DNA of 64,000 nt, from positions 25,482,001-25,546,000 of the forward strand of contig OZ024753.1 of the NCBI GenBank assembly GCA_964016885.1. The letters are read 5' to 3'. Source of the DNA: Eledone cirrhosa (lineage: Eukaryota). Shown one piece after another: positions 1 to 12,419 of the stretch (positions are counted from its first letter, which is position 1; each line of letters opens with the position of its first letter). Made by a program: the position numbers and the translations under genes. A model generated the notes under the pieces. That model was not told the origin of the DNA. It made no database searches and saw nothing but the letters and a program-made list of their open reading frames with translations.

Positions 1-346
1 TACTCATAGTAACAAAATAATTGTGTTGAAACTTAATATGATGCTTATATGAACGATCAAATCTATAATGATAATTTCTTAAATATACTAATAGTAAAAT
101 AATTTAGTTATCTATTGTTACATTTTCATAGAACTATAATATTAACAATCGTATTGCATTATCAAATTTTTATCACTACAAACTTTCATATTGGAATTAC
201 CTTAAGCCACTTATTATTACTTCGCTTTCGTACTTTTACAGCTGTAGATATTGCGCTGTATCTTATATCTAATATCAATATCTCGTGGTAATTTGCATGA
301 AGTGTAAAATAGGTTTATTAATAACTTTAATATGAAATGTATTATA

Positions 347-434
347 CAGGGCTGCGGAGTCGGTCAAAAATTGACTGGCTCCAACTCAGGATCCGATACT
401 CCATTATTTCCTAAATTTCAGCTCCGCAGCTCTG
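347..434. mobile_element. hAT-type MITE
   Basis: Terminal inverted repeats CAGGGCTGCGGAG...CTCCGCAGCTCTG; near-perfect 8-bp target-site duplication gtattata/ttattata. Confidence 0.7.
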
Positions 435-725
435 TTATTATATTAATTAATTTATTTTATAGTTGTAAATCATATTTTTATATGTTACACTCTAAGAATT
501 AACTAAGTGAAATAGCGTAAAAATAAAGGCTTCGTTGGTTTAAGCTATTTTTATAAAGGATGCCACAGAATGTACGATATATAATGATTACAATATTTTT
601 TAGCAACAACTCTAGTCCCACACTTTTGAAGGTTTATTATAACATTCTGTGGCACTTTTGAGCTTGCGCATTTTTCATGTCTAGTATATAATGTATTGCT
701 TATTTCAAGATTCACTTCTGTTTAA

Positions 726-946
726 CCCTTTAGCATTTACATTACTCTATATATATACTATTATATTTTCACGGTAAAGGCTTTACCTTACATACTGATC
801 TCTCATAATATCGAATCTGAGATTTGGATATTATTTATTTTGAGAACAATACCTTAACATATGTATAAGTGGCCAGTTATGGCCAGTTTGAACAGAAAGA
901 GTTGAGAGAATTCTGGCCGGGTATGGCCGGTTTAAATGCTAAAGGG
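726..946. mobile_element. piggyBac-like MITE, copy 1
   Basis: TIRs CCCTTTAGCATT...AATGCTAAAGGG flanked by TTAA/TTTA; second copy at 8584-9152. Confidence 0.7.
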
Positions 947-1074
947 TTTAAGTTTCAAATGTCAACGTCAGTTAGTGTTGATATAACATTTTGCCATAAT
1001 ACGATTTTATTCACAGTTGTGTAAATGCCATTACAAATGTAGTTATATTTCATTGTTTTAAAAACATAAGAAGA

Positions 1075-1285
1075 AAAAAAGCACACAAGCAGGTAATACA
1101 CACATCTAGGAGTACATAAAATACACAAGCAGGTAATACACACATCTAAGACAACATACAACACACAAGCAGGTAATATACACATCTAGGACAACATACA
1201 ACACACAAGCAGGTAATAGACACATCTAGGACCAAATACAATACACAAGCAAGTAATACACACATCTAGGACCACATACAGCAAA
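1075..1285. repeat. ~40-bp tandem repeat (acacaagcaggtaatacacacatctaggacaacatacaac), ~5 units
   Basis: Direct inspection. Confidence 0.85.
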
Positions 1286-1399
1286 ATTCAGGCGAAATGG
1301 GTGGACAAACGAACCGTTGCCAGAACAAAACATAAAGATATCGTGAGGAGCACTGGAAAACCTCTCTCTTGCATGCTCCAATGGATGTGTAATAGTAAT

Positions 1400-1966
1400 G
1401 AGAACGGCAAAGCATAAATGAACTGAGAGAGAAACTAGGGATAAGAGGAATCAAACGTAGTGTGCAGGAGAGATTACATTGGTATGGTCATGTAATGAGT
1501 ATGAAGGATGACAGCTGCATAAAAAGGTGCAGAGTGCTCAAAGTTGATGGAAGCCTTGGAGTGGAGAGACCCAGCCGACCTTGCCTAACACAGGACCAAG
1601 ATCTGAGGCAATACACAGTAATACAGAAGACCTGACTTCCCATGAGCGCAAGCTGAAGCATATATACAGTATGCCCCAACCCATCCTCCCATACACCCCC
1701 ATGAGGACAGGCCAAAGTAAATGCATCCAGTCAAGTCCCCAGCCCACACTATAAAGTGGTTGTGTGAGTGGCACAACAAAAAGCACCCAGCACACACTGT
1801 AAATGTGGTTGGCATTAGGAAAGGCATCCAGCCGTAGAAACCAAGCCAGAATGAGTTCTGTATGAGAAAGACATGGTCACCAGACCTAGCATTGCCTACA
1901 ACAGGACAACTCATCTAACCCATGCTAGCATGGAAAATAGACATAAAATGGTGGTGATGATGATGA
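1400..1966 (+). mobile_element. RTE LINE family A, decayed 3' fragment
   Basis: Encodes LREKLGIRGIKRSVQERLHWYGHVMSMKDD; 3' UTR ends ccatgctagcatggaaaatagac...(GAT)n, as at 21660-22368. Confidence 0.8.
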
Positions 1967-2020
1967 TATTTGTATATACACACAAATATATATATATACC
2001 ACAAATATATATATATATAT

Positions 2021-2470
2021 ATGATGCCTGTGTGAGGTGCGCGATGCTGCATGGTAGTGAGACATGGGCAGCAACTGCAGAGGATATGCAATGGCTGGAG
2101 AGAAATGAAGCAAGCATGCTCCGTTTGATGTGCAATGTCAATGTGCGTCAACAATGATGTGTTGAGAGAGAAACTGTGTCTGAGAGGGATAAATTGTGGT
2201 GTGCAGGAGAAGTGACTGCAATGGTATGGACATGTGATGCGCATGGAGGATGACCGATGGGTGAAGAAGTGCCAGGAAATGCCAGTTGAAAAAAGGAAGA
2301 CCACGAAAAACATGGGTGGAGGTGGTGAGAGCAGACCTCAGATCGGTGAAGCTCATGGTGGAGATGACAAAGGACCGTGACAAGTGGAGAGATGCTGAAT
2401 AGGACCCGTCCCATCCTTGCAAGCAGGGAAAAGCAGACGTAAAATGATGATGATAACGATGATGATGATG
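2021..2470 (+). mobile_element. RTE LINE family B, 3' fragment
   Basis: YDACVRCAMLHGSETWAATAEDMQWLERNEASML; tail cccgtcccatccttgcaagcagggaaaagcagacgtaaaa(TGA)n matches 36657-37120. Confidence 0.85.
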
Positions 2471-3350
2471 ATCATCATCATCATCATCATCATCGTTTAA
2501 CGTCTATCTTCCATGCTAGCATAGGTTAGAAGGGTTTATCCCATTTGAAGTAAGTTGGGTCTAGTAACCGTGTCTCCCTCATATAGGACTACTTCTGGCT
2601 GGTTTTCTATGATTGAATGCCCTTAATGCCAACCACATTTACAGTATGTGCTGGGTGCTTTTTGTTGTGACACATACACTTTACAGTGTGGGCTGGATAT
2701 TTTGTGATACCAACATATACATTAATAAGAGTTATACTAATTATGGAGTCCTTTTTGAGATGTTTTATGGGCAAGGTATAGGGTGAGTGGGGGAAGTAGC
2801 AGATGGAACAAAATAGAGAAAGCTCTCTTAGAGCCCCACAATGCTAACCTCTGCTTTAGCAAAGTAAATGACCTTAATACATTTCAGTAAATACACTCAG
2901 TTCAGTGTTTATCTATCCATTTACATATACTGTAATTTGATCAACAATAGGACTGACTTTGTTTATCAACAATGATTAAACCAGAATTTTAGGAATATTT
3001 TAAGAGAGTTAAGAAATAATGAATAAAATGTTAAAAAGATTTATTTGTTTTGTCTTTACTGCGTTGTATATAATTTGAAATATATACGTATGATGAACTG
3101 TCATTAAGTAACAGTAAACAAATTATTCATAAGGAAATAACCACATATGTGTAGACAGGCCTGACATTATTTTACCTTTATATATATACATTGGGGGGGG
3201 GGGGGGGGTTAAATAAAGAGGCTAAAAGTTTCAATAATTTAACTGCTGCAGTAACAGACATTTCAACATTTCAATTTAGTATCATGTAATTATGTAACAT
3301 TTCCTCACTATCCTTTTGATCTATACCATTCCTTTTTAAATCAGCTAGTT

Positions 3351-3630
3351 AGAACTGGACTTTCAACTGCAGCAGCCCTCAGGTCAGAACTGGACTTTCA
3401 CCTGCAGCAGCCCTCAGGTCAGAACTGGACTTTCACCTGCAGAGGCCCTCAGGTCAGAACTGGACTTTCACCTGCAGCAGCCCTCAGGTCAGAACTGGAC
3501 TTTCAACTGCAGAGGCCCTCAGGTCAGAACTGGACTTTCAACTGCAGAGGCCCTCAGGTCAGAACTGGACTTTCACCTGCAGCAGCCCTCAGGTCAGAAC
3601 TGGACTTTCAGCTGCAGAGGCCATCAGGTC
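3351..3630. repeat. 35-bp minisatellite, 8 units (agaactggactttcacctgcagcagccctcaggtc)
   Basis: Exact 35-bp period, few substitutions. Confidence 0.95.
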
Positions 3631-3939
3631 ATAACTGAACCCTCAGCTATATGAAATTTGAGGCATGAAAGGCAAAGTTAATTTTTTTTTATATAATGTT
3701 AATGATAAAGAATAATATATATATAACGTGTAGGCGCCACGGCTAAAAAGCACCCAGCACTCACTGTAAATGAGGTTGGTGTTAGGAAGGGTATCCAGCT
3801 GTAGAAATCAAGCCAGAATCAGTTCCCGTATGAGCAAGACAAGGTCAGCTGACTGGCAGTGGCCCACAACAGGACAACCCATCTAACCCATGCTAGCGTG
3901 GAAGAACGGACGTAAAACAGTGATGATGATGATATATAT

Positions 3940-4474
3940 TTGTTTTGCAAGGTTTTTTTATATGAAATCGTGTGTCGAAACAAATATTGTCATACTTAGG
4001 GAGGGTCATATTGTTGTAATAATATTGCCAGAAATAATAACAGAACACACTCACTGTTTGGTTGGTTTTCACTTCTGTATTTTTTATATCTCCATAGTTA
4101 ATTTATTTGGCAATATTATTACAACAATATGACCCTCCACAAGTATAACAATATTTTTTCGACACAATTTCATATCAAAAACCTTGCAAAACAAATTCGT
4201 CGCTGTCATGGCATCAGCTTAATCCAAGCTGAAAGGTGTTATTGAAAAACAGTTTTCTGTTATATAAAAACTACAATAACAATAGAACAAATTCGCTTCT
4301 TAAAACATTGTTTCCTTCAAAATATACACGGTAAACATATTATAAACATTGATTGCCAAATAAATTAACTATGGAGATATAAAAGATACAGAAGCGAAAA
4401 CCAACCAAACAGTGAGTGTGTTCTGTTATTATTTATGGCAATATTATTACAACAATATGACCCTCCCCAAGTAT

Positions 4475-4526
<52 letters not shown>

Positions 4527-4850
4527 TATAGAAAATGCCAAGTAGTTTCAGATGTTAAAGTCATTTATTGATAATGCTGTGATACATATTTCAATGACGA
4601 CAGTGGCCACATGATTCCGTGTACCCAGTACCCATATTATATAAGAAGCTGTCTGATGATGTCATGACACTGGGTACACGGAATCATGTGGCCACTGTCG
4701 TCATTGAAATATATATCACAGCAGTATCAATAAAGGACTTTAACATCTGAAACTACTTCGCATTTTCTTATTCGAAATATACTCCGTTTTTCCCATGTGG
4801 AAAAAATACGTTGAGTGCTTGAATTGAATTGCATCAAATATTTACCATAA
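3940..4850. mobile_element. Cluster of Penelope-like pseudo-LTR remnants forming long inverted repeats
   Basis: 3940-4030 is inverted with 4108-4196; 4030-4160 is inverted at 4350-4480; 4532-4629 is inverted with 4669-4767; contains a hammerhead motif. Confidence 0.55.
4648..4722 (+). ncRNA. Type I hammerhead ribozyme motif (degenerate stem II)
   Basis: Stem I gctgt/acagc; CTGATGA core; GAAA-t-atat-a-TC with palindromic stem III loop. Confidence 0.6.
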
Positions 4851-5289
4851 GTATATATATATATATATATATTTGTTCCCCCACTAAGCCGTCTTACCAC
4901 TGTTTAACGTATTGTGTACACTCAGAATTACAGACTTGTATTTACAACATGCGATTTCTGCAAATTCATGGAGTGAGGTGATAGCAGCTGGGCTATACAT
5001 AATATAAACATATATATATATATATCATCATCATCATCATTTAACATCCATATTCCATACTAGCATGGTTATATATATATATATAATAATTAGGGAACAA
5101 AGAATCAGTATTGCATTATATCCATATTTAATTACCGAATTTCGAGGACGCACCCTAATTTTGGCAACCAAAAATTTGAAATCCCATAACCTCCAGCCTC
5201 CAGGACGCATGGTAGATTTTTTAGACTTATTTTAGGAAAAAAGTAGCGTCTTCGACACCGGGAAATACAGTACATGTTACATATGTTTC

Positions 5290-5738
5290 ACATTGTGAGA
5301 TGCACGATACGGCATGGTAGTGAGACATGGGCAGCAACTGTAGAGGATACATGATGGCTGGAGAGAAATAAAGCAAGCATGCTCCAATGGATGTGCAATG
5401 TCAATGTGCATTAATGACCAAAGATAGACGAGTTGAGAGAGACACTGTGTTTAAGAGGGATAAGCTGTAGTGCGTGGGAGAGAAGATTGCGTTGGTATGG
5501 AGATGTGCTGCGCATGGAGGATGGCCACTGGGTAAAGAAGTGCCAAGAAATCCCAGTGGAAGGAAGATGTAGTAGAGGAAGACCACAAAAATCATGGGCG
5601 GAGATGGTAAGAGCTGACCTCAGATTGCTGAAGCTCACAGAGATGACGAAGGACCATGACAAGGGAGAGTTGCTGTGCTGAAAAGGACCTCTCCTACCCT
5701 TGCAAGCAGGGAAAGCAGACGTAAAATGATGATGATGA
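5290..5738 (+). mobile_element. RTE family B, 3' fragment
   Basis: LCLRGISCSAWERRLRWYGDVLRMEDGHWVKKCQEIPVEGRCSRGRPQKSW; same 3' tail and (TGA)n. Confidence 0.85.
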
Positions 5739-5837
5739 TATATATGTATGTGAAAGGCAAACAGAAATAACAAAGCAAATGACACAGTACTATGAAGAAA
5801 TATATTATTAGTTTTATGCTTGAGATAGCAGGAAAAG

Positions 5838-5876
5838 AGTCTTAATGTTTCGAACACTTGTCCTTCATCAGAAGAT
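5838..5876 (-). ncRNA. Minimal hammerhead motif (Penelope-type), probably mutated
   Basis: Minus strand reads tctt-CTGATGA-a-ggac-aagt-gttc-GAAA-cat-TA-aga. Confidence 0.5.
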
Positions 5877-6189
5877 AGAATGAGAAATTAAAAAGAAATA
5901 GAAAGATTGAGGAGACAGGCAGAGCGAAAACGGAAAAATTTTTTTAGAGAAAAACTATTGATGCTAGTGTATGATATATTGAAAAGGTGATATATAAACC
6001 ATTTAAGTTGTGTGTGGTTTACCAATGGGTAGATTTGGTCATTCCGGGTAGTAAACCATGAGAAAATAGCCTAACAAAACTAAGTATTGAGTTTTACTTT
6101 AACCAACTCAAATATGTCACAGTAAACTGTGACATATTTGAGAGGTTAAGATTTACAAAAAGCAGGAAAAGCACCAGACTGATGATCCT

Positions 6190-6550
6190 CCTGGCTTGAG
6201 ACTTTAGACATTTGTTAGTGGAACTCTACTGACATGCAGAGCTTTGCACCAGTTTTCTTGAGAGGATGAATGTCTCAGTCTTTGTAGTAGTAATTTTCAT
6301 TGTTGCTGTGCAGCACTCATTAAGAAACTTATCCAGTGCAGGTGAGAAATCACCTTCTAATGAGTTATGTGGTATCATTGCTATCTGTAAATATCAGCTG
6401 ACTGATCCTAAATCCACCAGTTTTGATACCACTTCCAACCTGGCTGATTGTGTCAATCCTGCTCATGAAGGTTATGAAGAGGAGGTGACAATACGAACTG
6501 AACTCTTGGTGGAGTCCAACACCCACATGGAATGGTTTTCACTTAGTACC
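6190..6550 (-). pseudogene. Old RTE-type reverse transcriptase fragment
   Basis: Minus-strand translations VGLHQ...LLFITFMSRID...RISQLIFTDS and LDKFLNECCTATMKITTTKTETFILSRK resemble RT domains 4-7. Confidence 0.55.
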
Positions 6551-7787
6551 ATCATAACTATCATTGATTTTACATCAGTTTTTCCACACATGTATGGATT
6601 CTATGGGTCCTATTCAGCACAACATCTCTCCATATATTGTGATTTTTCATCATCTCCTCTGTGAGTTTCAGTGATTTGAGATCAGCTCTTACCACCTTCA
6701 CATAGGTCTTCCACTATTGCAACTTCCTTCCACTGGGATTTCTTGGCAAAATATAATTATAACATTGATATGATACACAATGAAATAGTTTAATCTATGA
6801 ATGGAGAGCTGAATACACTATTTATTTGACATTTGACCTGCCTTGGAAGATAATATCTCTAAATAGTAGTGTCTTGGTCTGTAACAACATATTTAATACA
6901 TGCCAAAAAATAAAAGTGTGTGGCCTAGTGATAAGTGTGTTGCAATTACTTTCAAAATGTCATGGGTTTGATATTCTGGCTGGGTTGTATGCTGTGTTCT
7001 TGAGCAAAACACTTCATTTCACATTGCTCCAGTATACTCAGCTGAAATTGAGTACCAGCAGTAGCTGGAGGTTTAACCCTGCGATGGACTGGCATCCTGT
7101 CCAAGGGGGAGTAATGTACTTTCAGTTGCTTAATGCCATGGAAACCGGGATAAGTATTGGCCCAATGAGACTCAGAGCTCCAGACAGACTTTAGAAAATG
7201 GAAAAGATGCAAAATGATAATAATGAGGATGGTGATGATGATATTTCATTGAGTAAGACATGGTCACCTGATCTGACTTGTCTCACAATGGGACAACTTC
7301 TCTAACCCATGCTAGCATGCAAAATGGACATTAAACGATGATGATGCTGACTTCAATTCTACAGGAAATGATATTCTTTCAAAATTCCTATTCTAACAAG
7401 GAAATAAGAGATTGTGTGAGTAAGATTTCAAAAGTCAATCTTACACTGTTATTTCCTTATATAAAAAATTTAACTCATAAAATTTGTAAAAAAAAGAAAA
7501 TTAGCAAGACTAAATAGACATAGAAATAAGAAATAATAGTGAGATCAGAGATAGACCAATGAAGGAACTGCCAAGACACTTAAGATAGTTTTATATTATA
7601 AGGTTATTTTCAGACATGTATACATTGTATTTGTTGAGTTAATAAAATGAAACCTTTCAGAATGTTTTCAATGGAGGCAGATTAATACCATTTACTATAA
7701 TAATGTTTATACAATGTCTGTTTTGCTTTCACAAGAGAGAGTTATGTCAATAGAATTTAGTGTTAACTACTTCAGGTTTCCTGCTAA

Positions 7788-8126
7788 CACACACATGCAC
7801 TTACATACATATACACTTACACACACACATACACTTACATACAAATACACACTTACACACACATACACACACTTACATACATATACACACACATACACAC
7901 ACATACACTTACATACACTTACACACACACACATGCTAGCAGGGAAAATGACCATTACATGATGTTAATGATAGATAGATACATACACACACACACACAA
8001 ACACATACACATATATATATATACATACATACACATACACATGTCCACCCATACACATTCACACATCAGTGTGTATTAGTTTATATGTATGTACTACCAG
8101 GAAAGCACACAACCACACACAAACAT

Positions 8127-8157
<31 letters not shown>

Positions 8158-8162
8158 AACAT

Positions 8163-8193
<31 letters not shown>

Positions 8194-8465
8194 AACACAC
8201 ACACACACACACACAAACACACATACTAACACACACACACAAAAAACACACAAACACACACAAACACACACACACAAACACACACAAACACACACAAATA
8301 CAAACACACACAAACACAAACACACACAAACCCACACACAAACACACACACACACAAACACACACACAAACAAACACAAATACACAAACCCCCACACACA
8401 CACACAAACATGCACAAACACACAAGCACACACACACACACACACAAAAACACAAACACAAACAT
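7788..8465. repeat. Compound (CA)-rich microsatellite
   Basis: Direct inspection; explains the HT/CV-repeat ORFs. Confidence 0.95.
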
Positions 8466-8583
8466 TTGTTGCTTAATTATTGGAGGACTTGTTTCTGTAT
8501 TATATACTGAAACTTAAGTAACATGACCCAGAGAACTTTAGTACTTCAGAAAACTATTATCAATTTACTTGTGAGTGGTTTAA

Positions 8584-9152
8584 CCCTTTAGCATTCACAT
8601 TACTCTATATCATCATCGTCATCATTTCATTTTACGTCCACTTTTCCCTGCTTGCAAGGGTGGGACGGGAACTGATTCTGGCTTGATTTCTACAGCTGGA
8701 TGCCCTTCCTAACACCAACCTCATTTACAGTGACTGCTGGGTGCTTTTTTCCGTGGCGCCTACACGTCTACTTAACAGAGAGTGCTGGGTGCTTTTTTGC
8801 CGTGGCACCTACACGACCACTTTGCAGTGGAATGATAGGGACCCCAGTCCCTATCATCTCTTTTCTACAGCTGAGTAAACTGGAGCAATGTGAAATAAAG
8901 TGTCTTGAGAATTGAACTCACAACATTTTGATTGCAAGGCCACTCTAACCACTAAGACATGTGCCTCCATATATACTATTGTATTTTTGTAGTAAACACT
9001 TTATCTCACATAATATCAATCTATGACATTTTGATGTTATTTATTTTGAGAACAATACCTTAATATCAGTATAAGTGGCCAGTTTCAACTGGTTTGAACA
9101 GAAAGAGGTGAGACATTTCTCGCCGGATACGGCCGGTTTGAATGCTAAAGGG
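8584..9152. mobile_element. piggyBac-like MITE, copy 2, interrupted by a SINE
   Basis: TTAA-CCCTTTAGCATT...AATGCTAAAGGG-TTAA; colinear with 726-946 once 8610-8968 is removed. Confidence 0.75.
8610..8968 (-). mobile_element. tRNA-headed SINE with RTE-B 3' tail
   Basis: Minus strand head ggaggcacatgtcttagtggttagagtg...gttgtgagttcaattc (A/B boxes); tail identical to RTE-B; other copies at 13383-13703(+), 32525-32825(-), 57936-58085(-). Confidence 0.85.
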
Positions 9153-9923
9153 TTAAAGATGTTTAGGATGTTAAAATAAATATATAGCATAAACATAAAC
9201 AAATAGCTTCTGTTTACTTTCCAATAGCATTTCTCAGACAAATCCATTCTTATTTCTTCTGAAGGTGGTTGGTGGTAGGGAGAGCATCCAACTTTAGAAA
9301 ACTTAAACGTTTATAAAATAAAGTATCATTCAAATACTAGGAAATGAGTACCAGCAATAGCTGGAGGTTTAAGTGAAGGTGTGTGGCCTAGTGGTAATCA
9401 AAATCATATCTTCGGTTCAATTCTTGGACTGGGTTGTGTATTGGGTTCTTGAGCAAAACACTTCATTGCATGTTGCTCGAGTATACTTAGCTGAAAATGA
9501 GTACCAGCAGTAGCTGGGAGTTTAACCCTGTGATGGACTAGCATCATGTCCAGGAGAGAGTCATATACTCTCAGTCACTTAATGCCATGGAAACCAGGAT
9601 AAGCACTGCCCTGATGAGACTCCAGGCTCAAAAAATTGTTGGCCTTGTGTACAAATTTGAAACAATTATTATTATTTAGCAAAGGGCAGTAGATAGGTAT
9701 TATTGGTAGAGCATTGGACACCATTCTTTGCAGCATATAGTTACGTCTTTTTACACTATGAGTTCAAATCCCGCCAAGATTAGCTGCACCACGGGGTCGA
9801 TAAAATAAAGTACCAGTAATGCATTGGGGTTGATTTAATCAAATATCCCCTCTCCCAAAATTGTTGGCCTTGTGCCTAAATCAGAAACATTATTTTGCTA
9901 ACATGAAGATGCTTGGCTTTGAT

Positions 9924-10242
9924 CAGGGGTGTGCAACATATTCCATTGGCAGGCCACTTTTGAACATTGGAACAACTATTAGGGCCATTAATATTTATTA
10001 AGCACTATTCCAAAGATTCACCACAACTTCTTTCCATAACATGGAACTGGGAAATTATAACACACATAACCTTATCAGTGAAGCCCTTTAGTATAGGTCA
10101 ACCAACAGAAAATTGTATTACTGTTACAAAAAAAGTTCTAAATAAGCCTACAAGGTAAAAATTGAAAACAGTCATTGCAGGCCACTCTGACTGGTCTGGC
10201 AGCTCGGATTGTGACCTGCGGGCCACCTGTTGCATGTCCCTG
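9924..10242. mobile_element. hAT-type MITE inserted into the tRNA head of a SINE
   Basis: TIRs CAGGGGTGTGCAACA...TGTTGCATGTCCCTG; 8-bp TSD gctttgat/gcttagat; flanks rejoin into a SINE A-box. Confidence 0.7.
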
Positions 10243-11446
10243 GCTTAGATAGCTTAAGATGTTGGCCTCACAATCATAAAGTTGCAAGTTCAATTCCTAG
10301 ACTAGGCAATGCATCATGTCTTTGGTAACAGCATTTTATTTCACATTAATCCAGTCCACTCAGCTGGAAAAACTTAGGTGTACCTGTAGTTCAAAGACCA
10401 ACTCTTTCACATGCTGTGTCATGCTGAATTTTCCTGAGAATCAGCTTAAGGGTAGATATGTCTGTGGAATGCTCAGCCACTTGCATGTTAATTTCACAAG
10501 CAAGTTGTTCCATTATTCAAAGAACTGAAACACTCCTTGTCATAAACCACAGATGTCAAACACACACATGAAGATAGAATGGCAGAAACAATGAGACACC
10601 AGACTAATTCTTAACATCTTGTACCACATGAAACTGCATTAACAAGAGATTCTTGGGGAAGTATAAAACAGCATAATGACTGCATCATATTAAAAACTGA
10701 AGTCTTTACTGCAGATGTTTCACAATGATTTGTTCACTAGTAAAGTTATCCTAAACTATTGGATAGATAAACCTGTCTTTAGATATTTTCTACTAAATCA
10801 TAACAGTATATAAACCCACGGTAGCACATAAAATAACAATGTGATTGTAGTACAGAATGATAAGAGCTATTTCAGACATTCTTGAAAAACACAATAAAGT
10901 ACTACGACTGCCCTACATAAAAAATGAAAGTCTTTATGCTAATTCTGCAAAATGTTATTACAGGTTATTAAGAGTTAAGAACTAAAGGTAATTCTCTTCC
11001 ATCTATTATATATTTTTTAATTGAAGTAGCTGGCTGGGGCTGATGAAAAAAAAATAAACAGTTATGAACTGGGGATGGATTTGATAGATTTTACCTTCTT
11101 AAGCAAAAATATGCTACAAGAGAATGAAACTTCAATTCAGTTTGTTACTAGGAAATAATTCCCTCCTGGCTTTTAACAATAATTATAGATCTGTAAAAAA
11201 GATAGTATATTGTGTGTATAGAGTTCAGAATAGTTACACCATCTCCTTCTGTGTGTCATAAGAGTAGTTGACCTCAGAAAGAGCACCTGGCTATAAAACA
11301 TTGCCTAAAAAGAACCGTATGATGAGTCTAAAGATTGTCAAAGCACTTGTTTTGTTTTTTGTTGTTTGTCAGTTAATAAATAAAAATATTGAAAGTAAGA
11401 AATATCAGCCATTACAACCAAACATTGATTTTTGCTGTTTACTTAC

Positions 11447-11503
11447 TTTTAATCAATTTATTTTCCCTCTCGATACATTTCAGGTATTGTTCATTATCAA
11501 ATT
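11447..11503 (-). CDS. Internal 57-bp exon of the putative minus-strand host gene: (E)FDNEQYLKCIERENKLIK
   Basis: Acceptor tgtatctttcag and donor gtaagt; only the phase-1 frame is open, which matches the phase of exon 24758-24809. Confidence 0.6.
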
Positions 11504-11629
11504 CTGAAAGATACAGGACATTTTAATATTAATTTACTCTCTTTTCATGAAATAATATCTGAAACAATCAGCATCAACAGTAATCCTTAAATAACAATAT
11601 ATGATAGAAATAGAATATTTCTTTAATAA

Positions 11630-11818
11630 TTGTTTCTACTTTTGGCACAAAGCCAGCAATTACCCAGTGCATTACTGGTACTTTATTTTATCGACCCCGT
11701 AAGGATGAAAGGCAAAGTTAACCTCAGTGGGATTTGAACTCAGAATGGCAAGGGACATAACTCTATGCATCAAAGCATGGCGTCCGATCCTCTACTGATA
11801 CTGCCAATCCACCGCTTA
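11630..11818 (-). mobile_element. tRNA-SINE with Meta/MESC-like core (gcctttcatccttacggggtcgataaaataaagtaccag)
   Basis: Many similar copies, e.g. 9680-9890, 32978-33078, 34820-34998, 35071-35260, 38805-38960, 51258-51435, 51612-51722. Confidence 0.75.
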
Positions 11819-12419
11819 ATATTTCTTTAATAATGTCATAAATTCAACAATCTGATAGTGGTTATTTCTGCATGCAATGAGAAACAAATAAAAGGCTCTG
11901 GTGCCAAGAAATGTGTCTGGCTATAAAACATTGCCTTAAAAATTCTACTACAATCCACACCAAACCAACCAACAAGAAATTTATAATAAATTGAAGTGAA
12001 AACCAATATGTGCATATGTTTTTATTGGCAACATGGCCCTCCCAAAGTATAACAATATCTGTTTCAACACACATTTCAGGTAAGAAATCTCACAAAAGAA
12101 ATTCAAAAGCAAAGTATATATATATACACCCAGCCCACACTGTAAAGTGGCCCATGTAGGTCTCTCAAGTAATCAGGATATCTATCGTCATTGAAATATG
12201 TATAACGGCTCAATTAATAAAGGACCCTAACATCTTCAACTTGGCATTTTCGTCTTTATTAATATACTCCATCATCCTTGTTTTTAGGAAGTAATATGAC
12301 GTTGAGTGCTAGAACTAAATTATATATATAACTCAGGTTTATAATAAGGTCTCTAACATTTCAAGGTTTCTAACATTTCTCTATTGCAAAGCCACTGCTT
12401 CGACTACTACTCCTTAAGT

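Noticed and set aside
200-315. Possible further minus-strand exon (…KVRKRSNNKWLK then gtaatt)
   Set aside because: No convincing acceptor or polypyrimidine tract, and an in-frame stop just upstream
3351-3630. 35-bp repeats superficially like a CRISPR array
   Set aside because: Head-to-tail with no unique spacers; eukaryotic context; no cas genes
7714-8510. His/Thr- and Cys/Val-rich ORFs
   Set aside because: Translations of a CA microsatellite
9218-9258. Possible minus-strand exon KEIRMDLSEKCYWK in phase with exon 11447-11503
   Set aside because: Weak splice sites and no homology support
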